64,000 nt of DNA from Cirrosporium novae-zelandiae (lineage: Eukaryota), in NCBI GenBank assembly GCA_026023565.1, contig JAPETS010000058.1, positions 1-64,000 on the forward strand. Direction: 5' to 3'. Under the pieces are notes generated by a model. That model had not been told where the DNA came from and did not search any database. It saw only the letters and a list, made by a program, of their open reading frames with translations. A program made the position numbers and the translations under genes. Below, in pieces: positions 1 through 11,700 of the stretch (position 1 is its first letter; each line of letters starts with the position of its first letter).

Positions 1-169
1 TCCATCTAAAATACCCCCCCCCCCCCAAAAAGCTTACTAGAATGACTGAGTAAGGAAAACAATCAACCCCCCCTTTTAACTTTGCTGTTGTTAGAGGACC
101 TAGGGTCATAGATGAATGACTGGGTCTGACTGGTGATATGTGTATTGGATGATGTACTAAGCTAAGTGG

Positions 170-195
170 GAGGCTCACCTTATAAGGTGAGCCTC
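170..195. repeat. Perfect 26-bp palindrome
   Basis: GAGGCTCACCTTA|TAAGGTGAGCCTC read directly from the sequence. Confidence 0.9.
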
Positions 196-514
196 AGGGC
201 ATATGCTCTAGGGTCTAGCCTAATCGGGAACCATAACAGCTTTGGAAATGAATGAATCGATAAATGAATAAAAGGAGAAATACAACGACGATGAGACCAA
301 GTATTGTCAACCCCCATCCATCCCCTCACCTGCTCGTGCTCTGGCCTACCTATTCAAAAAATTAATTATTGATTCCGGGACTTTGATCTCACTCACCCAT
401 CAGCTGCCAGGGCAGGCTCTCGTTAAAACAAAACAAGAGACGAGACGAGATAGGCCACGGGTCAAAGATATTGATTGAGTACGGTACGGCTTTTTTGATA
501 CGAAGTGAGGTTTA

Positions 515-1240
515 TTAAGAATAGAGAAAAGTTCTTGCGAGGAGGATATGGATAGATCGATGGATTATGCAGAGGGAGGGGGGGAGGGTATAGGAACGTA
601 AGTTCCGTGCTGTGGTGTTGGCCCTGGATTTAGAATGCAAATCTTCTATCTGTGTCATCAAATCAAATAACTCTATTTCGTAACCAAAACCATTACCCTC
701 CCGTCTTAAGATAAGTTGATGGTAGAGAAACTCTATCCTTCGCATATGAAACCATTCGTAAAGTGTGAGTTCGGTGTCATCGTCCTGTTCTGCGCATGAG
801 GTAGGAGCAGCAGAGTGGAGAAAAAAGGGGGAGGAGAATATGCTGCTGTCGTCGTTTGTTTTTTTGTTTTTGTTTGTTGTTTGTTCGTTGTTGTTGATTG
901 GATCAGCGGCGTCGGCATCGAGACTGAACTTGAAATTAGGGCCCAAAGGGTCGGATTTGTAGGAGGATAGAATAGAGACAGGATGGGTGGTGGTGGCCGT
1001 GGCAGCAGCAGAGGTTGAATTTGGAGTAGGGTTGGAGGAGGACATTGCTGTTGCTGCTGCGAGGGGGGTAGCAGTGGCAGATGATGGAAGAAAATTAAAA
1101 GTGGGGAGGGTATCATTAGCAGGGATTTTTGGCGGCGTGAGGTATTTTTTTTCGGACTGGAATAAGTGTTCGAACTGGAATGATTTGAATATATCGCGGT
1201 AGGGATTTTTTGGGGGGGTCGTGGGACGGGTGGATGCCAT
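515..1240 (-). CDS. Hypothetical low-complexity (S/T/A/N-rich) protein
   Basis: ATG-initiated 241-aa ORF with a TATA-like CTTATAAATA about 185 bp upstream on the minus strand. No recognisable domain, and the 3' end may be spliced. Confidence 0.35.
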   Translation of the reverse strand: MASTRPTTPPKNPYRDIFKSFQFEHLFQSEKKYLTPPKIPANDTLPTFNFLPSSATATPLAAATAMSSSNPTPNSTSAAATATTTHPVSILSSYKSDPLGPNFKFSLDADAADPINNNEQTTNKNKKTNDDSSIFSSPFFLHSAAPTSCAEQDDDTELTLYEWFHMRRIEFLYHQLILRREGNGFGYEIELFDLMTQIEDLHSKSRANTTARNLRSYTLPPSLCIIHRSIHILLARTFLYS

Positions 1241-1345
1241 GATGGGAGGTTGGAACTTGTTTGATTTTATTTTTGTTGTTGGTGAGTGTGAGAGTTGCGA
1301 GTGAGAGTGAGAGGGAGAAAGAGAAGGAGAAGGAGAAGGAGAGTA

Positions 1346-1385
1346 AGTGTGAGTGTGAGTGTGAGTGTGAGTGTGAGTGTGAGTG
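1346..1385. repeat. (GAGTGT)n microsatellite
   Basis: Tandem hexamers visible in the sequence. Confidence 0.9.
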
Positions 1386-1605
1386 CAGGAGTGAGTGTGA
1401 AAGTGCAGGAGTGAGTGTGATATTTATAAGGGGATTTCCATTTCAAACCCTAATCCCACTCTCCTCCCCACTTTTCACATTTACCTAGGCACCCAGATAC
1501 TTACATTACTCATATTACAAATTCGCCTTACGGGTAATTTGCTGCGTTTTGTTTATATCGCCCCGAGTATAGAATACGGGATGGAATGTGATGGAATAGG
1601 GACGG

Positions 1606-1691
1606 CCGAGGATGAGTCGTATGCTTGAATGTGCATCCACGGCATCGGAGAATCAAGCGAGTGCACATTCAAGCATGCGACTCATCCTCGG
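1606..1691. repeat. Inverted repeat/hairpin with 30-bp arms (29/30 match) and a 26-nt loop
   Basis: CCGAGGATGAGTCGTATGCTTGAATGTGCA at 1606-1635 and its near-perfect reverse complement at 1662-1691. Confidence 0.9.
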
Positions 1692-1743
1692 GTCTTGGAG
1701 CCTTGGAGCTTTAAAGGGAGTGTGAAAAGGTATAATGACAGGG

Positions 1744-1887
1744 CAGTGTTGTGAATAGAACTGGACCAAATAGACCGACCAGATCGATACCTTTGATCGG
1801 TCTATAAATCAGACCGGGTTTCGGATTTTGATAAACCGGCCAGACCAAAGAGGTCGGTCTGGTCGGTCTGGTCTATTGCCAACATTG
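1744..1887. mobile_element. Short MITE-like element, copy 1 of the AGACC-repeat family
   Basis: Imperfect terminal inverted repeats CAGTGTTGTGAATAG / CAATGTTGGCAATAG (reverse complement), with internal AGACCGACC/GGTCGGTCT units. Confidence 0.55.
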
Positions 1888-3011
1888 AGCTTTACTTTAA
1901 CATAAATCTCCAACCTTGCTTCTGAAAAGAGGAGGAGGGGAGGGAGAGTGAACAAAAAGTTCTAGTCTGGTATTTCAAAAGTAAGATCTCCTCTTTCTCT
2001 CTCTCAATCCCCCCTATCCCTATTCATTCTACCCCTCTATACCTCCCTCCCTCCACTGCTTACATCTTTGCCCCCCTTGTCTCACTCGCTTCTACCACAG
2101 TATCCATCCAATTCCCCTGTACCTCTTTCCTTCCTCCAAACCCCGCTTCAACCCCCGATCAAAAAGCCGAATTTAATCTATGTCCTAGTCTAATATAACC
2201 CAAGCCCAACCCAACTCAACTGAAAAAAAAGAAAGAAAGGAAAATGGCTAGGACTTAAAACTAAAAATGTAGGACTCGAAAATTTGAATTTTTTTATAAG
2301 TACGGGATAAGGGATCTTGTTTTCGTGGATGCGTGGATACGGTGTGTATGCGATGCGGTCTTTGGGTTTTGGTTCTGAGATGTTGGGTTTCATATGGAAT
2401 GAGTAAGTACCTACTACCTAAGGGAAGTAAGTAAGTGATTGAATGTAAGATTAACAGACCAAGAGGCTGCGGCGGTTAATATGTGTTATTGTCAATAGGC
2501 TACTGTGGACGGATTAGACCGACCAGACCGAACCTGAGATCTCAGATTTCGAGTCCCTTTTTGATTCTTTCAATCCCTTTGGATTTTTAAATTCCTAAGT
2601 CACCAACCCCCGGGGGACTGTCCAACCCAACTCAACCCTCTGGTCTCTTTTCCCCTCTTCTCCCCACCCCTCTCCAAGCTTATAACCTGACCTCCAACTC
2701 CAACTGGGAAAGTCAAAGTTATTGACGGCTTATTTCCATTCTCTTTTCTTCTCTCCACTATGCAACCCCCCCTTTCCAAAAAAAAAAAAGAAAATGTAAT
2801 CAGTCGATTAGGCTTAAGTGATGAATAATATATTGTTTGTTTTTGGTGAGAGAGTAAGAGTAAGAGTAAGGAGGAGAGAGTAAACGAGGAAAAGAGGGTG
2901 GGTGGAGAGGGGTAATTCTTGGACAGTCTTGACTAGCTAGACTTGAGTAGCTAGTGGAAGAGTTGTTGTCAACCAGCCAGCTGCTGCGGCTATGTAGATG
3001 GGTATACATGT

Positions 3012-3471
3012 CAGCGTTGTCGATGGACCAGACTAAATAGACGGTCTATGGTAGACGGTCTATAGATCTTAGACCGACCAGACCAAGCTTTTGGATAGAC
3101 CGACCAGATTTTAATTATCCAAAGTCTATTTGGTTTATATAAATGCGAATTATTAATAGGGGGTATATTTTTGGGGTTTGTAAAAAAAAATTTGGGGGTA
3201 TCGGAGTTCGGTATTTTATTTCGTATAGATTAGTAAGCCTTTATCTCCACGTGATATCACGTGGAGATAAGATCATTACTAATTTCTACGAAATAAAAAT
3301 ATACCAAATATCTACTTAAATACTTCAGTAATATACTATATATATACATATATACACGTGATAGACCAAAACCGACCTTGGGCAATCAAGGTCTGGTCGG
3401 TCTGGTCGGTCTGGTCGGTCTGGTCGGTCGGGGTCAAACCGTCTATTTGGTCTGGTCCATTCCCTTCACTG
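3012..3471. mobile_element. MITE-like element, copy 2, with CAG termini, subterminal inverted repeats and a central hairpin
   Basis: ATGGACCAGACTAAATAGACGG (3023-3044) matches the reverse complement of 3439-3460 at 21/22 bases. Both ends start with CAG 11 bp further out. Tandem GGTCTGGTC units are present, and a perfect 30-bp palindrome lies at 3241-3270. No target-site duplication found. Confidence 0.65.
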
Positions 3472-3654
3472 CCTATGACTTGAAAGTACGTACAGTCTAT
3501 GAGCATATAGATACACTCTACCACAGTAGTAAATAAATAAAATTCATTCATCATGCGTTCAGAAATATCCAATTTATTCGCCCCTCATCATAGAGTTGAG
3601 ATCAACAAATCTTCCGTCTCATCAGTCCCATCAAAGTTTTCAAACCCCCTATTT

Positions 3655-4582
3655 TTAAGCTCCGTGTCCATGCTTTTTGCGGCGGTGTTCTATAAATTTA
3701 TCACGACGAGTACCGCTATATCGGCAGCCAGGCTCCGGGCATTGAAAGGGCCGTTCATTGGAGTGAATTTTCTCGTGACGGCGCAAATCATAGCGCCGCT
3801 TGAATGCCTTGAAGCAGCGGGCGCAGCGCAAATTGATAGTAGTGGGAGTTTGGGATGAATGATGCCTTTTTAAGGCTGGTGTTGTTGTGTCAGCTAATGG
3901 CATACTGGTGGAGCTGACTGTTGCTGGGGGGAGTTCTTGGCTGATTGCGGCAGGACAAGCATCGTAGTCTACTGTCTGCAACATGTTTGGGACGAAGAAA
4001 TCAGCGTGATTTATATGGAGAGAGCCTCCAGGTGCAGTGTACTCGGTGATGGATGGATTGCTGAAAGTGATATGGCTTGAGGTAAAATTGTCCAAAACAA
4101 AGTTATTCCGAGAACCATTGTGATTCACATCGAGAGGGCCTCCAGGTGTCGTGTATCCGGAGAGATATGGATTGCTAAAAGGGGTGTGATTTGAAGTAAA
4201 ATTGTCCAAGGCAAAATTACTCCGGGCACCATCGTGACTCAAAGTCGAGTTGACAGAAGCATCGGTTGCGATGATCTGACCAATCAGACCAGATTCCTGA
4301 GCAGAACCAGGATGACGCTCAGTAGCAGGGGTAATACCGGTAGCTGCAAGGTATCGTCCATGGGCAGACTCGTGGACATATCGATAGTGGGTTTGCACCT
4401 CGTCGAAAGTTGCAAATAACGCATTGCAAGCCAATATAGGACAATGCAGGATTATTGGCAAACTTATATGTTGAGTTGTCAGCAAAAAAAAGAAAAAAAA
4501 AAACTTACCCGAGTCCGGACCCGCAATCCTGCAGAAGATCTGCACTAAACTGCGAACCGAACTGGGATTGCATCCGGTTCAT
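3655..4582 (-). CDS. C2H2 zinc-finger protein (putative transcription factor), 2 exons (4582-4509, 4462-3655), about 293 aa
   Basis: Fingers CARCFKAFKRRYDLRRHEKIH and CPEPGCRYSGTRRDKFIEHRRKKH joined by an ERPFQ linker, plus an N-terminal CPILAC...H...H finger. A GTAAG...CTGAC...AG intron gives an in-frame join. The start codon is uncertain. Confidence 0.75.
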
Positions 4583-5091
4583 TGTTCGTGAAGCAGGACG
4601 CTTTTCTAGATTGAGAGATAGCAGGGGCGCTTGCAGGGAGGGCGTTGACAACGAAGCAATGTCAAAGGAGGGCGTAAGGCTGAGAATCCAACCAATGATA
4701 TGTTTTTAAATGAGGCTAAAGAGCAAAAAGTTAAGAACAATGGGATTGGGGAAATAGCTATTCATATAGGGATTAGATGAGGCTGGGTTACGAGGGCGTC
4801 TCTTGTAACAGCTGGCTGACAACCCTAGATAGAGAATGATGGAACGAGTGCAGTAGGCCGGTTCCTATCGACTTTACATGCTTTGCTCTTAGTCCAGTCA
4901 ATATCTACTACACAAGTTCGCTGGTAATAGATAGATTCTAGGAGCTAGAACCAAATCCTAATCTTCTCACAAGTCTACACGTATAAACCAGGACATAACA
5001 TCAATCGCAGAGTGAAAGAAAAACGTTAATCTCCAAAAAAACCCTTTCAGTTCATTTTGTTGATACCACAAATTAGATCACTTTAGATATT

Positions 5092-5657
5092 TCAAGAGAC
5101 AATTTTAGACTGTTCACATTGGTCCTTCAGACTATGCTTTTTACGTCTATGATCTAAGAGCTTATCCTTTCTTGTGAATGCGTGAACTCCGTTGTAGATA
5201 CAATCAGGTTCCGAACAAGGAAATTTCCGCTCTACAGGGTCATGGACCCTCATAAAACGATGACGATCATGCTTGCAGCTAAAGGACTTTCCACATTGAA
5301 AACAGAAATGACGACAACTAGCCGAACTTTCAGAATGATGCCTTGTGGGATTATCTGTTGTCATGCTCATATTTTGAATGGACGGACCTGATAAAGATCC
5401 TGAGAATATCTGCAGGAATTCCAAGGATGGGTAATAGATAGAAAAAAGGAAATTCAGCACGGAGAAATAACAATGTGATGAGCACGTGGCAGTGCAAATG
5501 TGGCAATGTAGTGAAATTTAATATTCACTATGACATATGGACAATTATTATCTAAGTCGGTTCGGGTTAAATCAGAGTGCTCGAATGACTTTGCCTGGGG
5601 CCTCGGGCGTTTGGAGGAAGGGCGTTCGTTGTTAAGGCTGACAGGCTGAGAATTCAT
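5092..5657 (-). pseudogene. Tandem paralog of the upstream C2H2 gene, probably degenerate
   Basis: CFQCGKSFSCKHDRHRFMRVH (first His replaced by F) and CSEPDC...TRKDKLLDHRRKKH. The exon-1-like ORF MNSQP...KRPR has ATATGT where a GTATGT donor is expected. Confidence 0.5.
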
Positions 5658-5799
5658 CCAATCTGATTTTTAGTAAAAGGCATAGCGTTGACAAAACACC
5701 AACGCCCCCAGCACCAGAAACGTAGGAAATTGATAGGAGGAAAAATAGTTGTAGGAGGGAGGCTGCATTGTTGATTAGGAATTGGAGAATCCTTTGTAG

Positions 5800-8700
5800 G
5801 TAATAGTATCACGTGATGACGCGTACTGATCAACGCGTACTGTGTAAACCCCTTTAATCAAAGGGATATAGACTATACAAAGAGAAACGATTTGTTCTGG
5901 TAAACAATGCTCATAGTTATAATGATGAACTATATATCGTGTCCAACGAAGGCGACAGGTACATGATACTGCATCTTGGGAGATTACTACGCTTTATTGC
6001 TATTCCACCACTTTTGAAATCTAGAAAGGAGTTTTCGTGGAAATCCAGGTGTGCTATTTAACTAGGTTCTACTATCTTATGTAGATGCCCTTATTATACC
6101 TAGACTCCATGTTATGACCCTTGCAGTTGTAATAGGCTTTGGCCGTGTCTACAAATATAATGTCTTGACAGCCTTGATGAACGATTCTCACTCTTTAATT
6201 ATTGGGTTGTTGGGTGGGTATGTGAGTAAGTAAGTAATATTTAATATGGAAAACTAAGGGCTATTAGATTATAGATTTTAGGTTCTGGGCTATCAGCTTC
6301 AGATTCTTTGAGGATATGGTAAAGGATAACTGATGGTGATAGTGATGGGTAAGTATATCTATTTCCCTCCTTCCATCCCTCTTTCCGTCCCCCCCTACAT
6401 AACCACACCATTAAAGTCTTAGAATCATATTATCCTACCTTTAATTACTACTACCCCTTGCTACCCCAATACAACTGCCCTAAACCCCCTCTATTATATC
6501 TATCAAGAATCTCTCCTATCAAGCACCTCCATAATCCATCCATACATATATTTTTACCACTTACTTTCCACTTTCCTGCTTTCGAGGTTTTGGACTTTGA
6601 GTTAGCACAAAATGTCTTCGTAGAGATTTGGGGGGGCTGGCAGTTGTGATCTTTTCTACTCTTCCCTTATCTCTCAGTCCGTATACAAATACATACCTAA
6701 TGTGTCATTTATCCTCTAACTCGTAAATCCGTAAATCCGCAACTTATATCTCATACCCCCCCCCCACCAACTATCAACCCTTTATCTATTCCAATGCTAT
6801 TTCAGTCGGATTACCCACCTCCAAATTTACATGTATCATCATTCCTTATCCCTCCCCCTATTCCATTCATCAACCACGACTACAACAACCCAACCTCAAT
6901 CCTAGGGATCAAAAAATTAAAAATCTAGTGCTTATGGATTGCTTTTCATTGTATACAACTGGATTTTATTCGTCCATTCCTTCTCTCACTATTATTTCTA
7001 TAAAAAAGTGGGGGGGGGGGAGGGTTTGAAACCCTATGGCCTAAGCAAACTAATAAGAAAACAAACAAGTATAGATACGCAACTTAATTTTAACATTCCC
7101 CCCCCCCTTCCCCGAGTCATATTAATAAGGTCGCTCGACCTCGCAAGCAACGAATATATATATACATATTGGTACAATACAATTTCTCGATATAAAATCA
7201 AATTATCTCATTATTACTCTTCGCCCTTTAAGGCCTATTTACAACTACTTTTGTTCCCTTCGTTATTATTCCTAGCCTCTTTACTTTTTCTTTCCTTTGT
7301 AGCAAACCTCCCCCCCTCTTTTTTCTAAAAAGATACCAGGTCCCTTATTAATAACTTTCTTTTCGAATTTTTATACCTAAGCTAGAAACTATTGCATCTT
7401 GTCGATATATTTCTTTGAGATATTTTGCTTGCCTTTTCTCTTAGTCGCCACTGTTGCTCTCTTTTTTCGCGCCTCACTCATCTCAACGACGGTTTTTTTT
7501 TTCGGTTTCTGAAAACTATTGAGAGAGTGGTTCGATATATCTTGATTATTACCATGGTCAATTCCGAATTCCTCTGGGACTTATCGAATCTATTGTATGA
7601 AAAGTAGGTTGGTAAATGAAAGAAATGAATTCGATTGTAATTGTGTGGAACGGGTTCCGCTAGCGTCGGTAGCAGTATTAGTTGTATGATTGCAAAGAGA
7701 GCCATATCTATATAGTTTATATCATCTCATCTCGTTCGGTTTACTATGTAGCCTTGGACAGTGGAGTAAATAAGTAATTCTTTAATCTTCTTCTTAGCTA
7801 ATCAGGTGAGAACCGTAATTAGTAGATCAATTATCGAAAAAAATGCTTAAGTTAAACCTTTTATCACCTCTAAATCCTGGTATCTTGAAAAGAGTTTCTT
7901 GCGGATTTTTTTCAAAACTATAGTACGTGCCTTCTTCATTCTATAATAATATGTCACACCCCTTTTATCTGTTTCTTTTTTTTTTCAAAAGATCTTCGTG
8001 GTTATTTGCAGGTATCGCTTGGATGACCTTCTCAAATATGAAGTCACTTAAGATAGTGTGAACCGGCGAACCTAATCTCTTCCTCTCGTCATTACTCCAG
8101 ACTAGTTCCTGCTTCTGTCCCAATATATCGTATAGGCGTTATGTATCAAGAAATTTGGTCTGACTTACCGCTCCCTTTGGGATTCCATGCTGATTGCTCC
8201 CCCTTTTTCGTCTCCGTCTTTTCAGCGAACCTGGGGGTGGGGAGGTGGAATTGGCAAACCACACTTGTCTCCCCTGGTGGGAGGATCCCCTTCAGATTCA
8301 CACACACTCTCTCTGGGTGAATTCACTAATGGAATCTCTTTGTCACTGGAATTCTTTCTAGCCGGCATATGTTGGGTTGGACTGGCTCCATCACCATCAT
8401 TTTCATTTTCATTATTTCCAATTCCATTATCTTTATTCTCGCTTTGCTTACCGTCATCGTGCTTATCGTCATTATCACTGTTATGATTATTATCATGTTG
8501 ATTATCCTCATCATCCTCATAACCCTCACCACTATCCATTTTGAGACAGTTTCCGCGTCTTGCTGGATGGTTACCCTTTTTCGTTTAGACGGTAGTGAAG
8601 GGCTTGGTTTCACGACTTTGGAGAGGTAAAAACGGTACATCAAAATTAAATGGAACCCCGATCGCCTCACCTTTGTCCCGCGAATATTCATCCTCTCTAC

Positions 8701-11700
8701 CAATTCCAGGAGCATAGGAGCCAGGTTGAGGAGTCCTAATTTGGAAGCGGTCGCCTTTAACCCCACTAAACTTGGGGTCGGGGGGGGGGGGATTTCCTGA
8801 TCACTACCGGTATCGACCCAAGATCTGGCTGTACAATATTTCTAAAATAATCTGCTGCAATATTGACCAAACAATATTTGAAGAATCCCCTCAGCAAATC
8901 TGAGTTTGTCATCGTCATTATCCCTACCTAGATCCGCGGACAGTACCTGTTGGATAAAATTTCGGGTATTACTATATTCTATAGCGCGGTCATTGGTCCG
9001 CCAGGCATGTAAAATATAGAGGATAAGCTGGGCTGGAGGGGTGGATGGATGGCATGTAGGTATGATAGTCCATTCAAGTAATTATTAACTAGCCCTTGAC
9101 AGCATCTGAGACCAGATTTTTTTTCCCTGGCTCATGTTTTAACCAAGTATGTGCTAGAAGCCTTGAATTTTAATCCGTTGAATTATTAACAATTACGATA
9201 TTAAATATATTATCAAGATATCCACTAAATTGTAGTGCTAGCCGGATTTTCATGGAAATCTTGTTGAAACTAAAAGGACTTGTTTTCAAAAAAAAAAATA
9301 TAAATTTACTCGGTGTATAGTAGTACCTGGATAAATGGTATAACTAGTTGATTTGGGCGAATTAGTTATATATCTCCTACTAAATTTATTTATTTAGCCA
9401 CTAAAGACTCACGATAATTAGCACTATCAAATAGGCTTACCAAAGGAGCTGTATGTTGAACTTTAGTTCAAAAAGGAGGGTCCCGGGGAGGTGTAGTTGT
9501 GTGATAGGGCCACAGCATGCATCAAGGCCATACCTCTTTGAAGCGTCCACGTCTAGGTAAAGTGGCTTATCTGGCGAATGGTGTTACTGTAAAGGTTGAG
9601 TTTCTGAAAATATCTTGCAGATGGCTGAGAGCCTCGAGTTCCCCTATATGTAGGTACTGTACAAAACCATAGCGGTTTCACAAACCTCTTTAATACTCGA
9701 CCCTTAATATAACCCCCCCCCCATTTCTTTACCTCTCAACTACTTTCACCTGTAAGTGCAAGGTAGATTAATTAATAATTATGTTCACTCTCTCCACCGT
9801 TCACACCTCACTGCGCTATTTTCAGAGATGATATTTTTTTTTTGCCCAGGTGCTAGATTGATATAAAAATCGATTTTGTCGCCGGATTATAATAAAAAAT
9901 AACGATAAACAAAATCAGAACCAGAATTGTTTTACCCTGACCTACGTCGGTAACTAAAAAAACATAATTTAAAAAAATAATTTTATTATCCGTATTATCC
10001 AATCTGCTTCCAGTATTTGGTGGGGATTAAATCCCAGCTTTAGTATTAGGGGGGAAGGGTGGCGGTAGCAGGAAAAGCTCGAGTAACCTATACAGGATAA
10101 ATGGTGGGTTATTCAGGCTCTACACCTAGCCGCCGATAAGCATCCGTATACCCTAGACCCTAGATGGTTCGGAATTTTTGGCGGGTGATCGACGACGGGT
10201 TTAGAAAAAATAAACAACCCTTTTTCTAACGAAGTAAGAAGATTTGTATGGGATGTATTGTCTTAACCAGCCGGTTAGTCCGAGATAGGTTTCGAGTTCC
10301 TATGTATAGCATTTTAAGGATTCAAGGATTTGAGTGGTAAGCTGATACAATCCGCTTACAGACTTAAGTTTCCGGAGAGCGTTTTCCTTTACTTTTGTAT
10401 CTTTGTAATTGTCTAATATAAGTTTTGATTATTGTGTTGATCGAGTATACAGGTAGCTCCCCTCAAGAGGTGATAATAGCAGTGGAGGGAGGATAGTATT
10501 TGTTGTAATAGTGACTGCGATACAGGTTTATCTTGAGGAGCCCTATATTGATTCACTTCTTCATGGTCGGCTGCCTTTTCCGCTATAAGTGGCCTCCATC
10601 TGCCCACGGTCATTTGTTCCTGTCACAACTATGAAATATTATCTGATCTGACGTGTAGGATTATATCATACCAATATAGTATCATGAAATCGAGTTTTTC
10701 CATTTTGGTCTTTTGATTTTGAACAGAAAGGAGGGGATTGATAACTAACTAGATATGAGTTGCAACAACAGGGATGTTGAGATCATTAGAACCTATGAAA
10801 TCTTGCATTTGACTAGCTAAGATGGGCATGGATACAGAAAGGCGAACTTGAGATGAGAGGGTACTTATAAGCCAAAAATAGGGCTTAAGCGAGGTACAGT
10901 AGGTGGTACCTATCCCAAAAGAGAAGGGTTTATGCTGGGGGGCGAGTTGTCATATATAAGAAGCTGACTGATTTTCTATGGAAGATATATCAGTTGCTTA
11001 AGTACCCCTTTAAGGGGAATCACTGTGCGTGCAACTAGAAACACAAAGTAAACAACTGCAAACAAGGCAAATAAACCCAGCTCGTAACAGTTTTAGTATT
11101 GTGTGATATGGAAATGCAAAAGGCACCTCGGAGGCTAAAAGGGGTATAATTTCTTGATTCTTTCTCAAGGCTGGTTGACCAGGCCAGGATAGGCGAGCGT
11201 GTTTTTGGAATCATGTGGGTTCCACACATCGATCGCGGGCCAGGAGCATCAGCCGGGGCCGGTATACTATAAAAAATATTCCTCGTAAGTCGTGTGGTCT
11301 ATTCACCATAGGAGTTGCCGATACCATTGCAATACAGTCTATGTAGATACTCTTAATCGCAATTGAATTTCGACTTCAAGGATTTTTTATCAACTGGCAC
11401 TCATCGAGTACAGTTATAGCAAAATGGACATTGGCAATATGGTGACACACCATTTTTTCACAGTTCAGCTGGAATCATCCTATAGGGGGGTATATCTTGT
11501 CAGCTATTATGCGTATGAAAGCTCCTCGATTGTGGTTTCAATAATTTCTCGGCTTAAGGTTTAAAAGCACCAATTAAAGCACTTGCGTTGTTCCTTATTC
11601 AAACTGCTCCCAATCCCTAACCGTGACAGGAAACGTCGGTTTGAGGAGTGATGGCGGCGGAGATCCGTTTATCAAGGAGATCAAAGTTGGTCTTCATTAA

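Noticed and set aside
3385..3432. CRISPR-like array or TDQ-repeat protein (ORF 3336-3572)
   Set aside because: These are 9-bp tandem units without spacers in a eukaryote, part of the MITE-like element
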